The notes beneath the pieces were generated by a model that made no database searches, was not told the origin of the DNA, and saw nothing but the letters and a program-made list of their open reading frames with translations. 64,000 nucleotides of DNA from positions 8,401-72,400 of the forward strand of contig CANSQL010000005.1 of the NCBI GenBank assembly GCA_947649125.1, given 5' to 3'. The translations under genes were made by a program, and so were the position numbers. Shown here one piece after another: positions 1 through 7,833 of this stretch (positions are counted from its first letter, which is position 1; the number at the start of each line of letters is the position of its first letter). The stretch is from an uncultured Erysipelotrichaceae bacterium (GTDB lineage: Bacteria > Bacillota_I > Bacilli_A > Erysipelotrichales > Erysipelotrichaceae).

Positions 1-738
1 AACAACTCCGATGCCTTGAACCCTGCGAGCGGCACAAGCTTTGACACCGGAAACGGCAAGGTCAAGAACCCGGTTCTTGTGCGTGATATCTATGAGGTGG
101 ATTTCATTCGCGATAAGGAAACAAGAGGTGTCGGCTTGGCACTTGTCTTAAACAGCTATGTCGGAGAAAGTGAAATCAAGGTCTCCGATGCGAAGCTGCA
201 GGCATTTGGTGAGGAAGCAGCCCGCAAGCTTGTGACCTATATGCGTAAAATGCCCGAAATCGGTGATTCGATGCCGATCTATATCGCACTGTATAAAAAC
301 ACATCGACGGAGAGCACATTGCCGGGAAGCTTCTTTTCGGAAGCGTTCTTTGAAGGGCGAAGCGCAAGCTTTTCATCGATTCAGGAAAAATGGGTGATGT
401 TTCCCGGTGAGGAAGCAAGTAAATTAGATAATTCGACGGTCGCCCAATTCACTCAGATAAAAAATGCCTTTTCCGGCTTTCTGCCCGATGATGTCAGCAT
501 GATCGGCAGAGGAAAATTCGTTGACGATAAGCTGAGTGAGCTGCATATCACCGTTGAAATGTATGCGAAAACAGCGACTGAGGCACTGTCGCTGACACAG
601 TATTTAAAAACCCTGCTTTCTACCTTTTCCTCATTAGATTATAAGCTTGTGGTAGAGGTACGCTGTCAGGATGTAACGATTGCGACGATGGTGCGCGCAG
701 TCGGCGATAAAGATGTCGAAGTAAATACTTTATTATAA
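1..738 (+). CDS. CamS/YerH-family lipoprotein, C-terminal part (5' end lies outside the window)
   Basis: The frame is open from base 1; the ORF-track start at 16 is an internal TTG. It sits directly upstream of gatCAB, as yerH/camS does in Bacillota. Family resemblance is from memory only. Confidence 0.55.
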   Translation, partial: NNSDALNPASGTSFDTGNGKVKNPVLVRDIYEVDFIRDKETRGVGLALVLNSYVGESEIKVSDAKLQAFGEEAARKLVTYMRKMPEIGDSMPIYIALYKNTSTESTLPGSFFSEAFFEGRSASFSSIQEKWVMFPGEEASKLDNSTVAQFTQIKNAFSGFLPDDVSMIGRGKFVDDKLSELHITVEMYAKTATEALSLTQYLKTLLSTFSSLDYKLVVEVRCQDVTIATMVRAVGDKDVEVNTLL

Positions 739-747
739 GGAGGAGCT

Positions 748-1041
748 ATGGAACAAATGAATAAGGCTTATTTTCAAAAGCTGGCTCGTCAGCTGATGTT
801 TGATGTAAGCGACGAGGAGGCTGAGCAGCTTCAAGAGGAATTTGAAATCCTGAATAAACAAATTGCGCTGCTTGAAAAAATCGATACCGAACATACAGAA
901 CCGATGATCTATCCGTTTGAAGCGGAAACGACCTTTTTGCGTGAGGATCAAATCACGCAGACGATTTCACGCGAGGATGCGCTGAAAAACGCAAAGGCTG
1001 TAATGGCAGGGCACGTTCATGTGCCGAAGGTGGTGAAATAA
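748..1041 (+). CDS. gatC: Asp/Glu-tRNA(Asn/Gln) amidotransferase subunit C
   Basis: 97 aa with an AAGGAGG RBS. It abuts gatA (its stop is followed directly by the gatA ATG). The GatC-like C-terminus reads ...HVHVPKVVK. Confidence 0.9.
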   Translation: MEQMNKAYFQKLARQLMFDVSDEEAEQLQEEFEILNKQIALLEKIDTEHTEPMIYPFEAETTFLREDQITQTISREDALKNAKAVMAGHVHVPKVVK

Positions 1042-2463
1042 ATGGATATCACAAATATGATGAAGCAGGATATCACACAGCGTGTATATGATGCAATCGA
1101 AAAGGCCAAGCAGCTTCAGCCGCAGCTGAATGCCGTCGTTACCTTTGTCGATGTTGAGGAACAGCTCAAACAACTGGAAGGTATACCGAGTGATGCGCCG
1201 CTTTACGGCATTCCGGTCGTATTAAAGGACAATGTGAATACGAAGGGAGTTTTGACAACCGCTTCCTCACGTATTTTAAGCAATTATATTCCGGTTTATG
1301 ATGCCGCAATCTGTGAAAAGCTGAAGGCGGCGGGCGCAATTATTATTGCGAAGGCAAGCATGGATGAGCTCGGCATGGGCGGTACAAATTTATCCGCTTA
1401 TACAGGCTGGGTCCATAATCCTTATGATACCGAAAGAATTTCCGGCGGCTCCAGCGGCGGAAGTGCCGTTTTATGTGCGGCCGATGTGAGTCCGCTGACG
1501 ATCGGAACCGATACCGGTGACAGTATCAGAAAGCCGGCGGCCTATAACGGTGTGATCGGTGTCAAGCCGACCTACGGCAGAATTTCCCGCTACGGTATTA
1601 TTCCGTATGCCTCTTCTTTGGATCATGTCGGATATTTCACGACGACGATTCAGGATGCGGCAAAGGCCCTGCATGTGCTTGCGGGACGTGATGACCGCGA
1701 TATGACAAGCTCCTATGAGCCGGTACCAGATTATGAGGCTTTACTGGATCAGGATATCAAGGGCAAGCGCATCGCGATCATTGATAATGTACAGGAAGCA
1801 ATTCAAGACAAGGCGATCGTAGAAAGCTTTAACGATCTGACACAAAAGCTTGAACAGCGCGGTGCACAGATCGAACATGTGCGCTTGAACGACGACTTAT
1901 TGTCAGTGCTGCTTCCGACCTATTTCATTATTGCGAATGCAGAGACAACCGCAAATCACTCCAATCTGGACGGCATCCGCTACGGTGTTCGTGAGGACGG
2001 AGACAGCGTGGAAGAGGTTATGATCAACTCCCGTACCAAGGGCTTTTCCGCAAACATCAGAAAGCGCTTTGTGATCGGAAGCTACTCCTTATTCGTGGAA
2101 AATCAGGATAAGCTGTTCCGTAAGGCACAGAAGGTCCGCCGTTTGATCGTCAATGAGGTAAAGGCAGTCTTGGATCAATATGATATCATTCTTACGACGG
2201 CAGCACCGACGATTGCGCCGCATCCGCAGGACAGCGTAGATGAAGCGTTAAGCGATACGTATTTGATTGCCGAAAATCATATGATTATGGGCAATTTTAC
2301 CGGCTATCCGTGTATGACGATGCCGTGCGGCTTTGTCGAGGGCATGCCGATAGGTATTCATATGATGGCAAAGCCGTTTGCGGAACAAACGCTGTTCAAT
2401 ATCGGAGCGACGATTGAAGCAGAAACCGGCTTAAAGGGAATAACTGCGGAGGTGAAGGCATGA
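1042..2463 (+). CDS. gatA: Asp/Glu-tRNA amidotransferase subunit A
   Basis: Amidase signature region (GGSSGGSAV, KDNVNTKG) and the gatC-gatA-gatB order. Confidence 0.95.
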   Translation: MDITNMMKQDITQRVYDAIEKAKQLQPQLNAVVTFVDVEEQLKQLEGIPSDAPLYGIPVVLKDNVNTKGVLTTASSRILSNYIPVYDAAICEKLKAAGAIIIAKASMDELGMGGTNLSAYTGWVHNPYDTERISGGSSGGSAVLCAADVSPLTIGTDTGDSIRKPAAYNGVIGVKPTYGRISRYGIIPYASSLDHVGYFTTTIQDAAKALHVLAGRDDRDMTSSYEPVPDYEALLDQDIKGKRIAIIDNVQEAIQDKAIVESFNDLTQKLEQRGAQIEHVRLNDDLLSVLLPTYFIIANAETTANHSNLDGIRYGVREDGDSVEEVMINSRTKGFSANIRKRFVIGSYSLFVENQDKLFRKAQKVRRLIVNEVKAVLDQYDIILTTAAPTIAPHPQDSVDEALSDTYLIAENHMIMGNFTGYPCMTMPCGFVEGMPIGIHMMAKPFAEQTLFNIGATIEAETGLKGITAEVKA

Positions 2464-3884
2464 ATTACGAAACAGTCATCGGCATTGAAATCCATTGCGA
2501 GCTGAAAACAAAGACAAAGATGTTTTCCGGTGCACCCGTATCCTTCGGTGCTGTCGCAAACAGCTGTGTAAATGAAATTGACTTAGGTCATCCGGGAACG
2601 ATGCCCTGTGTAAATAAGGAAGCGGTCCGCTTAGCGATCATGGCTGCGACTGCGCTTCACTGCGAAATCGATCCGTTGGTGAAATTCGATCGAAAGAATT
2701 ATTATTACTCCGATCTGCCTAAGGGCTTTCAAATTACCCAGCAATTTCACCCGATCGGCAGCGGCGGCTATGTCGAAATCGAAACAGACGAAGGCAAAAA
2801 ACAAATTCGCTTGAACCGTATTCATATGGAAGAGGATACGGCGAAGCAGTTTCATAATGAGGAAGGCACCTTGATTGATTTTAATCGTGCCGGTACACCG
2901 CTTGTTGAAATCGTATCAGAGGCAGATATGCGTTCCGGTAAGGAAGCAGCCGCTTATGTCGAAAAGCTTCGCTCCATTTTAAATTATCTCGGTGTCAGCG
3001 ATGTAAAAATGGAAGAGGGAAGCATGCGCTGTGACGTGAATATCTCGCTTCGTGAAGCAGGCAGCACTGTCTTCGGCGTTAAGACGGAAATCAAGAATCT
3101 GAATTCCATTGCGAACGTATCAAAGGCGGTGGATTATGAGGTAGAGCGTCAAAAGGAAATCCTTGAACAGGGCGGTACGATCATTCAGGAAACACGTCGC
3201 TTTGATGAAGCACAAAAAGCGACCGTATCGATGCGTAAAAAAGAAGGCAATGTCGATTATAAATATTTTCCGGAACCCAATATCCCGCCGATTCGTTTAG
3301 CATCCGATTGGATTGCGGATATTCAGGCTCATTTACCTGAACTGCCCGATCAGCGCAAGGAGCGTTATCAAAGCGAATACGGCTTAAATGATTATGATGC
3401 CGGTGTGCTGGTGAATAATCGAGAATTGGCTGAGTTTTATGATGAGGTGTGCGCCCATACAAGCGAATATAAGCTGGCCGCAAACTGGACCATCGTAGAG
3501 CTTACCGCAGCCTTGAATAAGCTGAATGTGAAGCCGGAAAACAATCCGTGTAACCCGCTTCATTTAGCGGAAATGCTGCAGATGATCAAGGAAGGCACGA
3601 TTTCCTCTAAACAGGCCAAAATCGTCTTTGAGGAAATCATGCAGGGCAAGGACCCGAAACAGGTCGTAGCGGAAAAGGGCATGAAGCAGATGTCTGACGG
3701 CAATGAATTATTGAAGCTTGTCAATGAAGTGCTCGATAATAATCCGAAATCGATCGAGGACTTCAAAAACGGCAAGGACCGCGCTGTCGGCTTCCTTGTC
3801 GGTCAGGTGATGAAGGCTTCCAAGGGAACCGCCAACCCGGCCATGACAAATCAGCTCATCAAACAGGAATTAGCGAAACGATAA
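2460..3884 (+). CDS. gatB: Asp/Glu-tRNA amidotransferase subunit B
   Basis: N-terminus MNYETVIGIEIHCEL is typical of GatB. It overlaps the gatA stop by 4 nt. Confidence 0.95.
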   Translation: MNYETVIGIEIHCELKTKTKMFSGAPVSFGAVANSCVNEIDLGHPGTMPCVNKEAVRLAIMAATALHCEIDPLVKFDRKNYYYSDLPKGFQITQQFHPIGSGGYVEIETDEGKKQIRLNRIHMEEDTAKQFHNEEGTLIDFNRAGTPLVEIVSEADMRSGKEAAAYVEKLRSILNYLGVSDVKMEEGSMRCDVNISLREAGSTVFGVKTEIKNLNSIANVSKAVDYEVERQKEILEQGGTIIQETRRFDEAQKATVSMRKKEGNVDYKYFPEPNIPPIRLASDWIADIQAHLPELPDQRKERYQSEYGLNDYDAGVLVNNRELAEFYDEVCAHTSEYKLAANWTIVELTAALNKLNVKPENNPCNPLHLAEMLQMIKEGTISSKQAKIVFEEIMQGKDPKQVVAEKGMKQMSDGNELLKLVNEVLDNNPKSIEDFKNGKDRAVGFLVGQVMKASKGTANPAMTNQLIKQELAKR

Positions 3885-3907
3885 GCCTCAAACGAGGCTT
3901 TTTTTGT
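3883..3907 (+). terminator. Rho-independent terminator of gatCAB
   Basis: AAGCCTC-aaac-GAGGCTT followed by a T run, right after the gatB stop. Confidence 0.8.
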
Positions 3908-3973
3908 AGGATTATTGCCCGGGAAATGACACTGCGGTTAAGAATACTAATTATTGATAGTAAAAAAGAGTTG

Positions 3974-5014
3974 TTAAAAACATTCTGTATCTAAGAAAAT
4001 ATGCTTACGATGATAGCTTAAAAACAGCCTGCGCTCCTCATTCAATAAATAAGCGGGTAAACGCTGTTTTGTGTGAAGCTGATAGGCAGAAGCATTGTCC
4101 TTTACATGCTTTTCCAATTGTTTACTGATCAACAGTGTACCGTCATTATGAAAGCTGATATAGCCTTGATCGAATAAGAAGTCATGATTGCGGCACAGCA
4201 GCAGTCCGTTATGATAATCAATCGCTTCATAAATATGCGCACACTCACGAAACGGCTTGATATGGGACGCAATTAACAGCTGTGCCAGATCAAGCTGACA
4301 TAAAACGCAGGCGTGATTGCATTCATGAAACAGCGTATCCTTGAAAAATATCTGCAGACTCTTCACTGCCTCACGCTCTGTCGGTACACCGCTTGTTTCA
4401 ATGATTCGATGAATGATATCCCACTTCGGATAGGCAATCGGCGAAAGCTGCGTATTCTTGTAGGACAGTACTCCCTTATGGTCTTTTAAGACACTCTTTG
4501 TATAAAAAGCACATAGGCAGTTAGAAATCAAAAAGTCACTTCCCGTGCTATATTCACCAATTATTGTAAAAATATTATTGCGATATTCATTTTCTATGAT
4601 ATAATAATCGTGGTCTGATAACAGGAGTGAGGTCTGTGTCAGCAGGGAAAGGCTGACCGCATCCAAGCGCTCCTCAAGCCAAGTCTTTGCGCATTTTTGC
4701 GCAGCACATTGACGAAGCGTACTGCGATATGCTTCCACACGATACAGGCATTCAAAGAACGCTAATGCCTCTGTCTGACTGTCATCCTCTGCCTTCGCAA
4801 ACACTGTGGCACAGGCGGACAGGTCGATACCTCTCCTGGTATCCTTTAAAAATTCGCAGCTGCGCAAATAGGAGCACACCTGTGCCGTCAAGCGCTGTTC
4901 ATGATCATCCTGCAGTTCATGAAGCAAGACCGCTTCCAATGCCGCATAGGAAATCGCATGTGCTTCCACGATATCTAAAATCGAAAGGCAATTTTTAAAA
5001 AAAGCTTTATTCAA
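3974..5014 (-). CDS. HNH_2-type nuclease with an uncharacterised ~230-aa N-terminal domain
   Basis: C-terminal motif ...CVLC...ASHIKPF...NGLLLCRNHDFLFDQGYISF matches the HNH (PF13391-like) pattern. TTG start is preceded by GAGGGA. Confidence 0.7.
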   Translation of the reverse strand: MNKAFFKNCLSILDIVEAHAISYAALEAVLLHELQDDHEQRLTAQVCSYLRSCEFLKDTRRGIDLSACATVFAKAEDDSQTEALAFFECLYRVEAYRSTLRQCAAQKCAKTWLEERLDAVSLSLLTQTSLLLSDHDYYIIENEYRNNIFTIIGEYSTGSDFLISNCLCAFYTKSVLKDHKGVLSYKNTQLSPIAYPKWDIIHRIIETSGVPTEREAVKSLQIFFKDTLFHECNHACVLCQLDLAQLLIASHIKPFRECAHIYEAIDYHNGLLLCRNHDFLFDQGYISFHNDGTLLISKQLEKHVKDNASAYQLHTKQRLPAYLLNEERRLFLSYHRKHIFLDTECF

Positions 5015-5180
5015 GTGTATCCCTCATTTCATGCCTATATTATGTGCATAAAACAAGGAAAAAACAAAAGATATCTATAAAAATTATTATCAGACAAAAA
5101 AATTTTTGTATAATGACAGCGTTTGCGTGTATTCGACAAAACAAAACATTTACAATGTAGACGCATAAGGAGGAAAAACT

Positions 5181-5867
5181 ATGAAAGGACCCGGCATTAA
5201 AGATTACTTAAAGGTAATAGAAGACAAAAAAGCAGATGCCCTGAAACAGGGACAAAGCGAAATCGAAATCAATTCAAAGGAGCTGCACGCAGAGGTGTCG
5301 CCGAATCATGCGACAATGCCGACCTGCTGTCAGGCAATCTATAAGCTGATGCTTGAGGGGGACGAAATTCTGCAGAGACCGAAGGGATCGACAGGCTTCG
5401 GCAGTCATTTGACCGTTCGTTTCCAATTACAGAACATGGAGAACAGAGCACAGCTTTACCCGGGCAAGAAAAGAGGCCGCCCGGCAAAGAGCGATGAGGA
5501 AAAGCTGGCTGCCCGCAAGGCAAAAATGAAGCGCAATACCGAGGATTTAACTAATCTGATCAAGGCATGGCTGAATGAGCACGGCTGGAGCTATGAGGAA
5601 AACAAGGGTATTTTAGAGGCCTTCAACGGTGAGAAAAAATGGGTGATCAACGTACAGGGCATCAAGCGCGGCAGAAAGCAGACATTACCGGTAAAGCTAG
5701 GTGAAGTGATAAAGCATATCGATGATTTAAATACGCATTACAGTATGGCTTTTAATGATTCACTTACTTATCGTCGTCAATGGAATGAAATTCCGACAAT
5801 GGTAAAGGAACGCTTAAATATGAGCGTAATCTTGGCTGATAAAAAAGGTAATATTACCGAACTGTAA
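5181..5867 (+). CDS. Hypothetical protein with a basic AT-hook-like segment (GKKRGRPAKS)
   Basis: Strong RBS (AAGGAGG) and its own terminator. It is divergent from the HNH gene. No family recognised. Confidence 0.6.
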   Translation: MKGPGIKDYLKVIEDKKADALKQGQSEIEINSKELHAEVSPNHATMPTCCQAIYKLMLEGDEILQRPKGSTGFGSHLTVRFQLQNMENRAQLYPGKKRGRPAKSDEEKLAARKAKMKRNTEDLTNLIKAWLNEHGWSYEENKGILEAFNGEKKWVINVQGIKRGRKQTLPVKLGEVIKHIDDLNTHYSMAFNDSLTYRRQWNEIPTMVKERLNMSVILADKKGNITEL

Positions 5868-5873
5868 TCAAAG

Positions 5874-5908
5874 AGCTTCATGGGAGGAGACCTTATGAAG
5901 CTTTTTTT
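5874..5908 (+). terminator. Rho-independent terminator
   Basis: AGCTTCAT-N13-ATGAAGCT followed by T7. Confidence 0.75.
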
Positions 5909-6433
5909 ATGTCTTCCCGACCGATAATTTTTAATCATATTTATTTCGTTTTCTTCCCTTGATTCATTCGCTGCGGAAAGAGTCAAACTGAAAGAGGTAG
6001 TAATAAATAAAATGATTATATCCGATACTGTACACTTCTTTTTTACGACATGGAAAAGAGAAGCTTTTTTTAGCGGTACTTGTGCGCGAAAAATGATTTT
6101 ACGGTATTTTTCAATCGAAGCATACAAGTGATTTTATTTATGAAATCATCTGTTGAATAGCTTGAAATGTAAAAATAATTAATGAAAATATACTTAAAAT
6201 AAAAACACGCTGTTCGATGCAGCATTCTTGTTTATTTGTATTACCGTAAGTTACGTGAAGGGAATAAAATGATGAAAGTTTATAGTATCATTTCAATAAT
6301 TGAAAATATTGTAAAAAAATAAAGATTTATTTTATATGTGCGTTTTCATATGTGCACATTGTTAAAAATATTTCAATTTTATTATTGACATAAAAATACA
6401 ATTATACTATGCTAAATAAAAGGAAGTGATTTT

Positions 6434-7495
6434 ATGAGCGATATGATATTAGAGGAATTAGTTGAATTGGTAAAGCAGGGCGATGAAAATGCCTTTCAAG
6501 AGCTTTATCAGCGCTTTTATAAAAAAATCTATTATGCAGCTCTGAAAATCACTAAAAATCAAGCAGATGCGAAGGATATCTCACAGGAGACCTTTCTGCA
6601 GGTTCATAAATCCATCAATTCATTGAATGACAACGGCTTGTTTATTCAATGGCTCAATCGTATCGTTGCCAGTAAGGCAAGCGATCTGTTCAGAAAAAAT
6701 AAAACAACGACACTTCCTGAGGATCATATGCTGTTTCAAACGCAGCAGGAGGAGCGTAAGTCTTTTATTCCCGAAGCGAATCTGCATTTTAAATCCGATC
6801 ATGAGCTGTTGGATTATTTTATGGAAAAAATCGATGAGCGTTATCGCACTGTTTTAGTCATGCGTTATTTTTCGGAATTAAGCATTGCGGAAATTGCGGA
6901 GGCTCTGCATATTCCGGAGGGTACGGTAAAGACACGTTTAAAGCGAGGTCGTGAGGTTTTGAGGGATTTGATTCATGATTATGAAAAACAGGAGGGTGTT
7001 GAACTGAACTTCAGAAGCAATGAGCTCGGTGCTGCTTTCAGTGCGTATTTCTTATACGATTATGCCCAAACGCATATATCGACACCCTTATTTACAGGCT
7101 TTGCCTTACCTAAGCCGCATGCTCATTCATGGAGCTTTTCGGGTATTTCCGTATGTGCAGCCTTAACTGTGACTATTGTCTTTTGTGCCGGCAGAATCCT
7201 GCAGCTCAGCGGTATTGCGAATGATGCGACAACCGCCTATGAAACAGAGGAAACACGGTATTTCGGGCCTGTTTCCTATGCGGGAAGTGATTTTACCAAT
7301 CCTGAGGATGCGTATTATGAACTTACTTTATTTGCGCATTGTAAAAAGGAAATGAGTGAAAAAGACAAGGATGAATTATTAAGCATCAAACCGTTATATG
7401 AGGAATTGAAGCGTTATCAAGGTGTTTATTGGCGCATGCTTGTGTATCGTGAATGGAATCGTGAATTTGAAGCAATGATTGAGGAAAAGTATTGA
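6434..7495 (+). CDS. Sigma-70/ECF-type RNA polymerase sigma factor with a C-terminal extension containing one predicted transmembrane helix
   Basis: Region 2 (DAKDISQETFLQVHK) and region 4 HTH (LSIAEIAEALHIPEGTVKTRLKRGREVL) lie in the first ~185 aa. A hydrophobic stretch FSGISVCAALTVTIVFCAG follows, then a ~95-aa tail. Confidence 0.85.
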   Translation: MSDMILEELVELVKQGDENAFQELYQRFYKKIYYAALKITKNQADAKDISQETFLQVHKSINSLNDNGLFIQWLNRIVASKASDLFRKNKTTTLPEDHMLFQTQQEERKSFIPEANLHFKSDHELLDYFMEKIDERYRTVLVMRYFSELSIAEIAEALHIPEGTVKTRLKRGREVLRDLIHDYEKQEGVELNFRSNELGAAFSAYFLYDYAQTHISTPLFTGFALPKPHAHSWSFSGISVCAALTVTIVFCAGRILQLSGIANDATTAYETEETRYFGPVSYAGSDFTNPEDAYYELTLFAHCKKEMSEKDKDELLSIKPLYEELKRYQGVYWRMLVYREWNREFEAMIEEKY

Positions 7496-7673
7496 AGCAT
7501 TCAGTGCTTTTTATTTGATATCTGAGGAGTAGTTTAGAATATCACATGTATATAAAATGTTATAAAAGTATTTGATTTATCAGTGAAATTGTCTTTGTTA
7601 TAGGTAAATATAAGCTTATTTTAAGCCCTTTTTTATTCACTTAAAAAAATATTTCAATAAATTTGAATTTTTT

Positions 7674-7701
7674 TGAAACCGATTTGATACTTAATCCGTC
7701 T
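7674..7701 (+). promoter_or_regulatory. Candidate ECF-type promoter (TGAAAC-N17-CGTCT)
   Basis: The motif was read directly. It lies 133 nt upstream of the ATG at 7834 and resembles the ECF -35 GAAC / -10 CGTC architecture. Confidence 0.35.
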
Positions 7702-7833
7702 GATTGATACAAAGGGGATAGTATGCTTTTTCAAAGCTGTTTATAAACAGAAATTCATTCAAAATGATTTCAGCGTAATAACGCTTGATTTAACTGTTTG
7801 CTTTACGGACAAGAGCAGGAAGGAGAAAAGAGT

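Noticed and set aside
5777-6127. 116-aa minus-strand ORF in the AT-rich region
   Set aside because: It overlaps the 3' end and terminator of the 5181..5867 gene. It has a low-complexity AT-biased composition, no RBS, and no recognisable family.
7798-7833. Upstream extensions of ORF-track starts (7798, 13327, 29084, 35945, 38896-39009, 46032, 46271, 46939, 50486, 51778-51804, 52259, 53969)
   Set aside because: In each case an internal ATG a few codons downstream has a properly spaced GGAGG-type RBS and gives a sensible N-terminus (a signal peptide or a conserved family start). The 13327 start lies inside a terminator hairpin.
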